Part shown: positions 18,445 through 26,777 of the stretch, piece after piece
How positions within the stretch are numbered: position 1 is the stretch's first letter
Layout of the letters: every line of letters starts with the position of its first letter
IMG/VR virus record: IMGVR_UViG_2791354790_000006
Location: 1 to 64,000 of that record
Length of the DNA: 64,000 nt
Direction: 5' to 3' (one strand)
DNA from: a virus
Taxonomy: Duplodnaviria > Caudoviricetes
Program-made: the position numbers and the translations under genes
Notes under the pieces: generated by a model
The model's input: only the letters and a program-made list of their open reading frames with translations
Told to the model about the DNA's origin: nothing
Database searches by the model: none

Positions 18445-19383
18445 ATGACGCAAATTAACCATGATGTTGTGCGTAGTGCCATTCGTGAATTAATTGACAG
18501 CAAAGCGATTTCAGGCGCAGCTCTGGCACGTGAAACCGGCACCTCAACGGCTACGGTTTCTCAGTTTCTGAACGGGAAATATAAGGGCGATAACGATACA
18601 GTTGCCGCCAGCCTGAATACCTGGCTGGAAAGCCACACTGCCGCGAAAACCTCGCTGCCAGTAGCTCCGGATTTCGTTGAAACACCGACCTCACAAAAAA
18701 TTCTCGCCACCCTGACGTGGGCGCAACTGGCCGGAACGATTGTGCTGGTATACGGCAATCCCGGCGTCGGTAAAACAAAAGCCATCAGACAGTATGCCGC
18801 GACAGGCAACAACGTCTGGCATATCACCGCCAGCAAGTCCCGCAGTAACGAACTGGAAACGCTGTACGAACTGGCGCTGAAAATGGGGATTTCTGATGCA
18901 CCATACCGTCGCGGCGCATTGTCCCGTCTGTTACGCCAGCGTCTGCCGGATACGCGTGGTCTGATCGTCGTGGATGAAGCTGACTGGCTGAGTCTGGATG
19001 CCGTTGAAGAATTGCGAATTCTCCAGGAGGAATGTGGCGTGGGGCTGGCACTGGTGGGTAACCACAAGGTCTATGACCGTCTCACCGGTGGCCAGCGCAG
19101 CGTGGACTTTGCCCGCCTGTTCTCCCGCGTGTCCAAGAAGTACGTCATCAATACCGTTTCCGCTGGTGACGTGGACAGTTTCTGCGATGCCTGGCATGTC
19201 TGCGGACAGGAGGAACGGAAACTGTTGAAGATGATCGCCCGTCGTCCCGGTGCTCTCCGTTCTCTGTCTCACATCCTCCCGCTGGCGGGGATTTACGCGC
19301 AGGGCAAGGGTGAGACCATCGGCACGTCACACATCCAGTCTGCGATGCTGGAACTGGGTCACAGCAATCTGAACGAGGAATAA
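18445..19383 (+). CDS. MuB-type AAA+ transposition ATPase
   Basis: GNPGVGKT Walker A, LIVVDEAD Walker B, N-terminal HTH. Confidence 0.95.
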   Translation: MTQINHDVVRSAIRELIDSKAISGAALARETGTSTATVSQFLNGKYKGDNDTVAASLNTWLESHTAAKTSLPVAPDFVETPTSQKILATLTWAQLAGTIVLVYGNPGVGKTKAIRQYAATGNNVWHITASKSRSNELETLYELALKMGISDAPYRRGALSRLLRQRLPDTRGLIVVDEADWLSLDAVEELRILQEECGVGLALVGNHKVYDRLTGGQRSVDFARLFSRVSKKYVINTVSAGDVDSFCDAWHVCGQEERKLLKMIARRPGALRSLSHILPLAGIYAQGKGETIGTSHIQSAMLELGHSNLNEE

Positions 19384-19387
19384 CACC

Positions 19388-19627
19388 ATGATTACTGAAC
19401 GTATTGCAGAACACATCAGCATGGCAGAGGCGGCGCAGAACTGGCTTCGCTCCCGTGGTAGCCGTGTCACTGACGTTCGGGTTTTCATGCGTCGCCCGTT
19501 ACTGGAGATTGTCTGCCCACCAACAGATCTGGTGCGTAGTGCATCCCGTATATCGGAAACACACAACGGCGGCACCCGCTCCGTCTGGGTAGCCAGTCTG
19601 GAGGGTTGCCGGGTTATCTGGAGGTAA
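19388..19627 (+). CDS. Mu-like early hypothetical protein
   Basis: GAGGA RBS; GCRVIW ending typical of the gene after B in Mu-like phages. Confidence 0.7.
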   Translation: MITERIAEHISMAEAAQNWLRSRGSRVTDVRVFMRRPLLEIVCPPTDLVRSASRISETHNGGTRSVWVASLEGCRVIWR

Positions 19628-19629
19628 GT

Positions 19630-19920
19630 ATGGGCTGGAGTACGGGGAGAGCCTGGTCACGCGAAGAACTCCTTATTCTGGAACAGAACGCGGGAAAGGT
19701 AAGTGTAAGCGGTCTGGCGCTGCAACTGGGGCGTTCTAAACAGTCCGTGCAGAATTGCGCCATTCGGCAGGGTCTTTCGCTGCGCATCAGAGCAGGAAAT
19801 GATGACGACGCATATTTGTGTCGTGAGCTTTACAAGGAGGGGCTGACCATCTCGGTTATCGCCGAAAAAATGGAAATGTCCCGTAGTCAGGTATTTAACA
19901 TTATTTATAGAGGTAATTAA
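19630..19920 (+). CDS. Early double-HTH protein
   Basis: GGAGG RBS before ATG 19630; WSREEL...LGRSKQSV and IAEKMEMSRSQVFNI HTH-like motifs. Confidence 0.7.
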   Translation: MGWSTGRAWSREELLILEQNAGKVSVSGLALQLGRSKQSVQNCAIRQGLSLRIRAGNDDDAYLCRELYKEGLTISVIAEKMEMSRSQVFNIIYRGN

Positions 19921-19932
19921 CGGAGGTGTGAG

Positions 19933-20184
19933 ATGGCTAAACAGGTAATCACCATTATTCTCGAGGATGATGCGGTAATTAAAAACGGGGAAATGGTTAA
20001 AACCGGTGAGAACTCAGGAAAGCTCGCTATCAGTTTTCACCTTAACAACGCCAATGATGATGGTTCATTTTCGTATCTGGTTGCGGAAGGACTGTCAGCT
20101 ATTTTTCCAATGGCTATCCAGCAGGTCACTGAATTTGCAAAACAGAAAGTTGATCTGGATAACCGTAAAATTATTAAACACTGA
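19933..20184 (+). CDS. Hypothetical protein
   Basis: GGAGG RBS; packed in early operon. Confidence 0.65.
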   Translation: MAKQVITIILEDDAVIKNGEMVKTGENSGKLAISFHLNNANDDGSFSYLVAEGLSAIFPMAIQQVTEFAKQKVDLDNRKIIKH

Positions 20185-20191
20185 GGTTTAC

Positions 20192-20719
20192 ATGAAAGCA
20201 CCCAAAAAGCCCCGCGCAAAATCAGCCGCTGCTGTCGCCGTTCCTCAATGCCGCGATGACGTAATCAGCGACATCCGCAAGATTGGCGATATTACTCGTG
20301 TCATTCTGCGTCGTGAAACGGAACTGAATGACAAAATCGCGGCCCTGACAAATGATGTTGCGCCTGGTATTGAAGCGCTTAAAAAAGAGCTTGGTCGTCT
20401 GCAAACTGGCGTTCAGACATGGTGTGAAGCCAATCGAGCAGAACTGACGAAAGACGGCAAGACCAAGACGGCTAACCTGACAACGGGGGAGGTTCGCTGG
20501 CGTAAACGCCCCCCCAGCGTCACCATTCGCAAAGTTGAAGATGTTATTGCGTTACTCAAGAAATTCAGTCTGGATAAATTTCTTCGCAATAAAGAGGAAA
20601 TTAATAAAGAAGCAATTCTTGCATCACCGAATGAAGTTAAGGGAATTGCAGGAATATCCATTAAATCAGATGTTGAGGATTTTGAAATAATCCCATTTGA
20701 ACAAACAGTCACTGACTAA
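20192..20719 (+). CDS. gam: Host-nuclease inhibitor Gam (Mu-type)
   Basis: WCEANRAELT...GEVRWRKRPPSV...EEINKEAIL; GAGG RBS before ATG 20192. Confidence 0.92.
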   Translation: MKAPKKPRAKSAAAVAVPQCRDDVISDIRKIGDITRVILRRETELNDKIAALTNDVAPGIEALKKELGRLQTGVQTWCEANRAELTKDGKTKTANLTTGEVRWRKRPPSVTIRKVEDVIALLKKFSLDKFLRNKEEINKEAILASPNEVKGIAGISIKSDVEDFEIIPFEQTVTD

Positions 20720-20802
20720 TTAACTGCCTTAAGTTTCCAATATATTAATACGGCATGCCTGCCGGGGCTTCGTGCACCCGCAGGTAGCCAGAAGAGGAAA
20801 AC

Positions 20803-21105
20803 ATGAACAAATATCAATATAAAGATGTGGACGAGGCTCTGAGGGCAGCGGGAATGCTGGAAAGGATTAGAACCATTGTCTCAACAGCAATAGAAAACGG
20901 CTGGTCAGTCAGTGACGTGATGAAAACTATTCAGCGTGAAATTGCGCTGATTACAGACGAATTTGATGCGAAAAAAAACAAAGCTCACGACGACATGGTG
21001 AGGCGTGAGCTTGGCCTGGATTCCTCTGCGGTTATACACCCGGAGGATTATCTGCGGACGTTATTCAGAATCGTGGCGTTGGGTGGTCGGAGGAAAGGGT
21101 CTTGA
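20803..21105 (+). CDS. Hypothetical protein
   Basis: GAGGA RBS; 100-aa helical ORF. Confidence 0.65.
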   Translation: MNKYQYKDVDEALRAAGMLERIRTIVSTAIENGWSVSDVMKTIQREIALITDEFDAKKNKAHDDMVRRELGLDSSAVIHPEDYLRTLFRIVALGGRRKGS

Positions 21106-21330
21106 ATCCCATAACTTATTGAATAGTGTCTCGATGAACTCCCCCGCATCACTGCCGGTTCGTTCATCTTTGTAGCATTCACGCAGAGAATAAGCAGTAC
21201 GTGTACGGGCAATAATGTCATTAGCATCCCGCATGTCGATAACGCCTTTTTCGACGAGCTTAATCAACAGATTACCTGTGAGAATAAAGGCTGCGATATC
21301 AAAGTTCTTGTCGGTCGGTGCACCGGACAT
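21061..21330 (-). CDS. Counter-oriented hypothetical protein, 89 aa
   Basis: TAAGGAG RBS 6 nt before ATG 21330; fills the gap between 21105 and gemA. Confidence 0.7.
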   Translation of the reverse strand: MSGAPTDKNFDIAAFILTGNLLIKLVEKGVIDMRDANDIIARTRTAYSLRECYKDERTGSDAGEFIETLFNKLWDSRPFPPTTQRHDSE

Positions 21331-21397
21331 AAGTTGCTCCTTAGGTTGTAATAAATATGGCGGCTCACTTAAGCCGCCTTTAACCGGAGGTACGATC

Positions 21398-21925
21398 ATG
21401 AATCGCACATCCCTGATTAAGTTAATCCATGTTGCCCGCCGCAAGCTACAACTGGACGATGACACTTACCGTTCAGTGCTTCATCGCGTAACGGGAAAGC
21501 AAAGTTGTCGTGATCTGAAGGTCGGTCAACTGGAGGATGTACTGAAGGTACTGGAGGATAAGGGGTTTAGACGTACCCGCCCCCGTTCTCCGGCTCGCCG
21601 TCATCGTGAAACAGATATCACCGCAAAGGTCCGCAGTATCTGGCGGCAGATGCATCTTGATGGGTTTATCCGTGATGGCAGCGATACCGCACTGGATACG
21701 TTCGTCGCGAAGATGACTGTCAGAACCAACAAAGGTAAAGGTATCGCCAGCCTGGCATGGTGCCGTGGCGATAATCTTCTGATGGTGCTGGAAAGCCTCA
21801 AGCAATGGCATCTGAGAGAAATGACAGAGGCGCTGAGTCCGCGAGACCTGGCATTTCAGGATCATCGGGGTTATGACGCCATCAACAGCCTGTATTCCAG
21901 TAAAGTAAGAAAGGTGCGCACATGA
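21398..21925 (+). CDS. gemA: GemA (Mu gp16) family protein
   Basis: LIKLIHVARRKLQLDDDTYR...LESLKQW; GGAGG RBS before ATG 21398. Confidence 0.88.
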   Translation: MNRTSLIKLIHVARRKLQLDDDTYRSVLHRVTGKQSCRDLKVGQLEDVLKVLEDKGFRRTRPRSPARRHRETDITAKVRSIWRQMHLDGFIRDGSDTALDTFVAKMTVRTNKGKGIASLAWCRGDNLLMVLESLKQWHLREMTEALSPRDLAFQDHRGYDAINSLYSSKVRKVRT

Positions 21926-22329
21926 GCGAAAAGCAGAATGACCTGTTTGGTGATATCCAGGATGACAGCATTCTGGAGCACCTGGACGATGACAGTTCGG
22001 CGGAAACTGTGCGTTTTCCTGCACTGCTGACAGAACTGAATACGCTGCTGCGTGGCGAACTGACAAAGCATGGCGTGGACCCACGTATCTCTCTGGAGCT
22101 GGTTTACGCGATTAGCTGTCAGATTGGCGGCATGCAGATTTATTTCCCACGCGGCCAGACTCTTGAATCACTGATTCGTGATATGAAAATCTGGCGTGAT
22201 TTCAATGGCAGAAACATCACAGAGTTGGTTGAGCGTTACCGTGTTACCTATAAAACGGTGTATAAAGCCATCAGACGCATGCGTAAACTAGAGCACCGCA
22301 AGCATCAACTGGACCTGTTTGGCAATTAA
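21922..22329 (+). CDS. mor: Mor/C-family transcription activator
   Basis: IGGMQIYFPRG...IRDMKIWRDFNGRNITEL. Confidence 0.9.
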   Translation: MSEKQNDLFGDIQDDSILEHLDDDSSAETVRFPALLTELNTLLRGELTKHGVDPRISLELVYAISCQIGGMQIYFPRGQTLESLIRDMKIWRDFNGRNITELVERYRVTYKTVYKAIRRMRKLEHRKHQLDLFGN

Positions 22330-22341
22330 GGATGTTGTTTT

Positions 22342-22860
22342 ATGAGAATGTTGTTATTGATCCCATTGTTACTGGCGTCGTTATCGGTTTCAGCGACTGA
22401 CTCTTTACTCGAAAAAGTAAAAGAGTCAGTTTCTGGTGTTACACCTATTGATGCCACAGAGTGGTATAAAAAAGGCGATACAAATTTCGCTGAATATGAA
22501 GGCGAGTACCGAGGCGTCAAACAGAAAATTAAAGTGGCTGTAAAAACTGGTGAAATCCATATTAAATCTGAAGTTGATAGAGGTGACTTAGCAAAAGATA
22601 TGGATGCTTTCATGAGAGAGTCTACACTGCGGTGTAACCTGATTTTTAGAAGCATCATTTTACCAGCGGATAAACTGGCAGCTGTGACAGACTGGAATAA
22701 CGATGAATCTGACGGATTTGAGTTCATGGAAGCCGAAACAGTGTCTGAATCAACCAGACATGAGGCCATGAATGGTGCACCCCATAAAAATATTTATGGG
22801 TGGGATGTTAGTATTCGGAGAGAATTAGGAAAAACAGCCTGCTCAGCAATAAAGAACTAA
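22342..22860 (+). CDS. Uncharacterised exported protein (moron)
   Basis: Sec signal peptide MRMLLLIPLLLASLSVSA; two Cys; AT-rich; followed by terminator. Confidence 0.7.
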   Translation: MRMLLLIPLLLASLSVSATDSLLEKVKESVSGVTPIDATEWYKKGDTNFAEYEGEYRGVKQKIKVAVKTGEIHIKSEVDRGDLAKDMDAFMRESTLRCNLIFRSIILPADKLAAVTDWNNDESDGFEFMEAETVSESTRHEAMNGAPHKNIYGWDVSIRRELGKTACSAIKN

Positions 22861-22907
22861 TACAATGAAGCCGGTTAATCCGGCTTTTTTTTCGTCCGGC
22901 ACATGAT
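22861..22907 (+). promoter_or_regulatory. Putative activator-dependent late promoter (Plys) overlapping a terminator
   Basis: TACAATGAAGCCGGTTAATCC, 20/21 identical to 30835-30855; AAGCCGG/CCGGCTT hairpin plus T tract; CATGAT -10-like hexamer. Confidence 0.7.
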
Positions 22908-22945
22908 GGAAGGGAAATTTAACCCACTTCCAAAGGTGCCGTTTT

Positions 22946-23536
22946 ATGAGCAACACCCCCGATTCTCCCGCATTTCGCAATGCTCTTGCTTTCGTGCTCA
23001 GCGCAGAACGCGGATATGTCAATGACCCCACTGACCGTGGCGGTGAAACCAACTTCGGTATATCAGATAAACGCGACGGTGTTGCCGATGGCATGACCGA
23101 CGTTAATGGCGATGGCAAGCCTGATACGCGTATTCGTGATTTAACGGTTGAACAGGCCGGACAGATTTACTTCCGTGACTACTGGTATCCGGCGTATTGC
23201 CAGTTTTGGCCGGATGATATAGCCCTGTTTGTCTTTGACTCTGCCGTCCAGCATGGCGTCAAAAAGGCTGTCCAGTTGCTTCAGGAAGCTGCGGGTTTCA
23301 CCGGCAAAAGTGTTGACGGTATCGCCGGTAAAAACACCCGCGCAGCCGTTGAACGAGCTGACCCTGACTGGCTGCTGAACCGTTTATTTCTGCGTCGTTC
23401 CCGCTATTACGCCGACATCATCAAATCAAACCCTTCACAGGGCAAGTTCCTCAACGGCTGGTTTAACCGCCTGGACAACCTCGCTGACGCCTGTCGTGAG
23501 ATTTCCGGTGTCCGCTATTCGGTAGCCCGGAGCTGA
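22946..23536 (+). CDS. Endolysin, glycoside hydrolase family 108 with peptidoglycan-binding domain
   Basis: ERGYVNDPTDRGGETNFGI catalytic motif; FLNGWFNR C-terminus. Confidence 0.92.
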   Translation: MSNTPDSPAFRNALAFVLSAERGYVNDPTDRGGETNFGISDKRDGVADGMTDVNGDGKPDTRIRDLTVEQAGQIYFRDYWYPAYCQFWPDDIALFVFDSAVQHGVKKAVQLLQEAAGFTGKSVDGIAGKNTRAAVERADPDWLLNRLFLRRSRYYADIIKSNPSQGKFLNGWFNRLDNLADACREISGVRYSVARS

Positions 23537-23537
23537 T

Positions 23538-23756
23538 ATGGGCAAGGGATGGGACGCTTCGCTGAAACAGGGGCGACGTGACCGGCTGCGGCAGGAAGTG
23601 CTTCACCGAATGGCAGGCGGCCCCGTCCCTGTTCCGACAAGTTATGCAGGTCATGACGGTACACACGCCAGTTACTACATGCGCGGCTGGTCATCCGTCG
23701 ATATCAGAGACATCGTCTGGCAATGCCAGCGATACAAGGAAAAACATAATGTTTAA
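23538..23756 (+). CDS. Hypothetical protein
   Basis: GGAG RBS; coupled to endolysin. Confidence 0.65.
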   Translation: MGKGWDASLKQGRRDRLRQEVLHRMAGGPVPVPTSYAGHDGTHASYYMRGWSSVDIRDIVWQCQRYKEKHNV

Positions 23757-24156
23757 ATCGTTTAGCTACGACTGGTTAAAGCTGGCGCTGGTACAGGTTT
23801 TGCGCTCCGGATGGAGCATTGTCATTCTCGTCGGTTTGTCGTTGTTTATCTGTAGTTTTACGGGGCGTCACGCCTTTCTGGTCTGGTGGCTGGCGTTGTC
23901 CGGTGTGGTCCTGGTCGGGTTCAGCATCTTTCTTGGCAATCTGCCTTACAGGCTTCTTAAACCTGAAACGCACATCAGCCGGCATGCCTGTTTCTGGTCG
24001 TGGGTTGTCTGGGGCGTTGGGTTCGTTCTTATCTGCCTGAGTCCACTTTATGCCAGCCCGCTGTACCTCCTTTTCCTTGAACCACTCGGCGCAGCCACAG
24101 GATTTCTGTTCTGTCAGTGGGTTGCACGTAAGGGGCTGCTTGTATGGATCCAGTAA
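23749..24156 (+). CDS. Membrane protein (~4 TM) in lysis cluster
   Basis: AAGGA RBS before ATG 23749; four hydrophobic segments. Confidence 0.7.
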   Translation: MFKSFSYDWLKLALVQVLRSGWSIVILVGLSLFICSFTGRHAFLVWWLALSGVVLVGFSIFLGNLPYRLLKPETHISRHACFWSWVVWGVGFVLICLSPLYASPLYLLFLEPLGAATGFLFCQWVARKGLLVWIQ

Positions 24157-24752
24157 CCCTCACCACCATTGCCTCCGTTCTGATGAAGGCCGGACCGTCA
24201 TTACTGCGTACTGTGGGCGGCTGGTTCGGTGGTGACACCGCCAGAACGGCAGATTCTGTGGCGGGGATCGTTGAGAACGTCAACAGCGTCATTAACCCGC
24301 AGGACCAGCAGCGAGTGCTTGAGCAGAAACTGGCGGCGCTGCCGCCAGAACAGTTCGTCCAGCTCCAGTCCCTGAAAGTCCAGATTGAGCAATTCCAGCT
24401 TGAGTGGGACAAAGCCGTACTGGCTGACCGTCAGGCTGCTCACCATGAACAGCAGGAAACCATCCGTAACGGGGACAACGCCACGGATGAATATGTCCGT
24501 CAGACCAGACCGCTGATGGCCCGGCTGTCGCTCTACAGCAGCATTGCGTATGTGATGCTGATGTCTGTGGGTCAGCAGGCTGGCGCGGTATCCGGTGCTT
24601 TTGGTCATGCCTTCTCCATGCCATCACCGGACTGGGATATCGCACTCATGCTGGCGACACCGGCGCTTGGGTATCTCGGTTTTCGCACCCTTGACGGGTT
24701 CGCCCGGTACAGCAAATCAAGCAAACACAAAACGATGGCGGCGGGTAGATGA
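24144..24752 (+). CDS. Holin-like protein (3TM/GTA-holin type)
   Basis: RQTRP...YLGFRTLD motif and TM segments. Confidence 0.75.
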   Translation: MDPVTLTTIASVLMKAGPSLLRTVGGWFGGDTARTADSVAGIVENVNSVINPQDQQRVLEQKLAALPPEQFVQLQSLKVQIEQFQLEWDKAVLADRQAAHHEQQETIRNGDNATDEYVRQTRPLMARLSLYSSIAYVMLMSVGQQAGAVSGAFGHAFSMPSPDWDIALMLATPALGYLGFRTLDGFARYSKSSKHKTMAAGR

Positions 24753-24955
24753 CGGATGAACTGGACAAGGCCAGCGGCCTTGAGATGGCAGACCGTGAAC
24801 GGGCATTAAATGCTCAGTTAAACAGGGTTAAAGAATCCCCTGACACTCCAGGCCACTGCAACGACTGTGGTGACGAAATTGACCCGAAACGACTGGCGGC
24901 CATGCCGGATGCCGTGACCTGCATTGACTGCCAGACACTCAGGGAGACGGCATAA
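24749..24955 (+). CDS. TraR/DksA C4 zinc-finger protein
   Basis: CNDCGDEIDPKRL...CIDCQ. Confidence 0.9.
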   Translation: MTDELDKASGLEMADRERALNAQLNRVKESPDTPGHCNDCGDEIDPKRLAAMPDAVTCIDCQTLRETA

Positions 24956-25261
24956 ATGGAATGGGAAACCGTAAGAAGTAACTGGGCTGTCATCTGGGCC
25001 GGACTGATGTCCGGAATCAATATTATCCACCTGCTGCTGGTAAAAACCTATGCCCGCCGGGAAGAGATGGAGAAAGTTAACAGCCGGATGAGTGCACTTG
25101 AAAAGGCCATCGACGGGATGCCGTCGCGACAGGAACTCCACCAGTTGCAACTGGATATGAGCAACCTGCGCGGCGAAATACGGGAGTTCTCCGGAATGCT
25201 CCGGCAGGCCACACGTATCAGCGATCTGTTGCTGGAAAACGAACTGAAGGAAAAAAATTAA
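24956..25261 (+). CDS. DUF2730-like (Mu gp25) membrane-anchored coiled coil
   Basis: N-terminal TM, PSRQELHQL...LLLENELK. Confidence 0.75.
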   Translation: MEWETVRSNWAVIWAGLMSGINIIHLLLVKTYARREEMEKVNSRMSALEKAIDGMPSRQELHQLQLDMSNLRGEIREFSGMLRQATRISDLLLENELKEKN

Positions 25262-25267
25262 GAGGCT

Positions 25268-25561
25268 ATGAGCATGCAAGAAATCCTCAACAGCGACCAG
25301 CGTCTGGTCATTCTGCGCTCACTGGTGGAGTGCGGAGACAGCGCAAACGAATCCATTCTACAGACCTGCCTTCAGACTTACGGCCATCGGGTTTCCCGTG
25401 ACACCGTCCGCACCCTCCTTGCGTGGCTACGTGAACAGGGACTCGTCACCCTGTCAGATGTCTCCGGGTGTTACGTCGCCGGCATCACTGGACGCGGTGA
25501 AGATGTGGCCTTCGGGCTGGCGACGGTCCCCGGCGTCAAAAAACCACGTGCGCGGGAGTGA
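25268..25561 (+). CDS. Mu gp26-like winged-helix protein
   Basis: DQRLVILRSL...WLREQGLV...VPGVKKPR. Confidence 0.8.
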   Translation: MSMQEILNSDQRLVILRSLVECGDSANESILQTCLQTYGHRVSRDTVRTLLAWLREQGLVTLSDVSGCYVAGITGRGEDVAFGLATVPGVKKPRARE

Positions 25562-25938
25562 CTATGGAACGGGCCAGAATACTTCAAATGTTAATGACCT
25601 GCCGCCAGCAGGCGGAACAGTTGCGCCGCCTGTCAGGTCTGGCGGAACGTCGGGAGTCCGGTGAAATTGGCATATCAGCGAATGCGCTTTTTCAGGCCGC
25701 TGTGATCATTGATTCCCTTATCAGTGCAAATGAAAAAGCACTGGAAGGCATTGCGCGGCTGGACCGCTCTGAAACCCAGCTTATCGGAGAGCGTGATCAG
25801 GTCATCGCCGCACTGGACAGCATGTATGAGGCTGTAACCGGTGCGCCCCCGGAGTGGAGCAGCGCATTTGGCTTTACGGATGCGATTAACGGCGTGACAG
25901 AGCGTATTTTTGAACTGGAGAATATCAGCCATGACTAA
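25558..25938 (+). CDS. Ead/Ea22-like domain protein
   Basis: LIGERD...MYEAVTGAPPEWSSAFGFTDA motif recalled from Ead/Ea22-like phage proteins. Confidence 0.55.
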   Translation: MTMERARILQMLMTCRQQAEQLRRLSGLAERRESGEIGISANALFQAAVIIDSLISANEKALEGIARLDRSETQLIGERDQVIAALDSMYEAVTGAPPEWSSAFGFTDAINGVTERIFELENISHD

Positions 25939-26209
25939 AGCCCTTAAGCCACTGAGCAGTAGCCAGCGTGACATTATCCGGAAAATGGCCGCCATTCTCG
26001 TCTGTGCGGAAATTGAAGTCAGAGCCATTGCGCCACGGTTTGAAAAATCGACGGGTAAAAAATACAACTCCGAATCCGCTGATTCGTATCTGAACACATT
26101 CCTCAACAGCAACCCGGAATATAAACGCGTCTGGAAGTTGCTGCTGAAAGACAAATCCAGCGTTGAACGTGACTTCCTTGACCGTATGAGGAGGGAGAAT
26201 GGCAAGTGA
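25931..26209 (+). CDS. Hypothetical protein
   Basis: GGAG RBS before ATG 25931; overlaps neighbours. Confidence 0.65.
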   Translation: MTKALKPLSSSQRDIIRKMAAILVCAEIEVRAIAPRFEKSTGKKYNSESADSYLNTFLNSNPEYKRVWKLLLKDKSSVERDFLDRMRRENGK

Positions 26210-26777
26210 ACGCCAGACGCGCGGACGACCTTCAAAGATTGATTTGCTCCCGGATGCGGTCCGGGAGCAACTTCATCAGATGCTACGCGACAAACGACAT
26301 ACCCAGGAAGAAATCCGCGAAGCGATTAACGAGTTGATCAACGAATATAACCTTCCGGAGGACATGCAAATCAGCCGTACCGGTCTGAACCGCTACGCAA
26401 GCCGCATGGAAACGATGGGGTCAAAGATTCGCGCTTCACGCGAGATGGCTGAAATATGGGCATCAAAACTTGGCTCAGCGCCGACGTCTGACGTCGGAAA
26501 ATTACTGCTGGAGTTTGTCAAAACACTGGCCTTTGAAACCTCAATGGAAATGGCTGACAGCGATAAAACTGTCGAACCAAAAGCGCTGGGCCAGCTTGCG
26601 CTTGTCGCCCAGCGACTGGAAGCTGCAGCGATGGCAAGCCACAAACGCGAGAAAGAAATCCAGCAGGAGTTTGCGAAAAAAGCCGCTGCGGCCGCAGAGA
26701 CCATTACCCGTTCTGCTGGTCTGTCTGCTGAGACGGCGGCTGATATCAAACGTCAGATTCTGGGGATTGCAGAATGA
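26199..26777 (+). CDS. Terminase small subunit (Mu gp27/DUF3486)
   Basis: RGRPSKIDLLP...ISRTGLNRY...ILGI. Confidence 0.88.
   Translation: MASERQTRGRPSKIDLLPDAVREQLHQMLRDKRHTQEEIREAINELINEYNLPEDMQISRTGLNRYASRMETMGSKIRASREMAEIWASKLGSAPTSDVGKLLLEFVKTLAFETSMEMADSDKTVEPKALGQLALVAQRLEAAAMASHKREKEIQQEFAKKAAAAAETITRSAGLSAETAADIKRQILGIAE

Noticed and set aside
20006-21397. Long N-terminal extensions of Gam (20006) and GemA (21215)
   Set aside because: They overlap other genes; RBS-supported starts are 20192 and 21398
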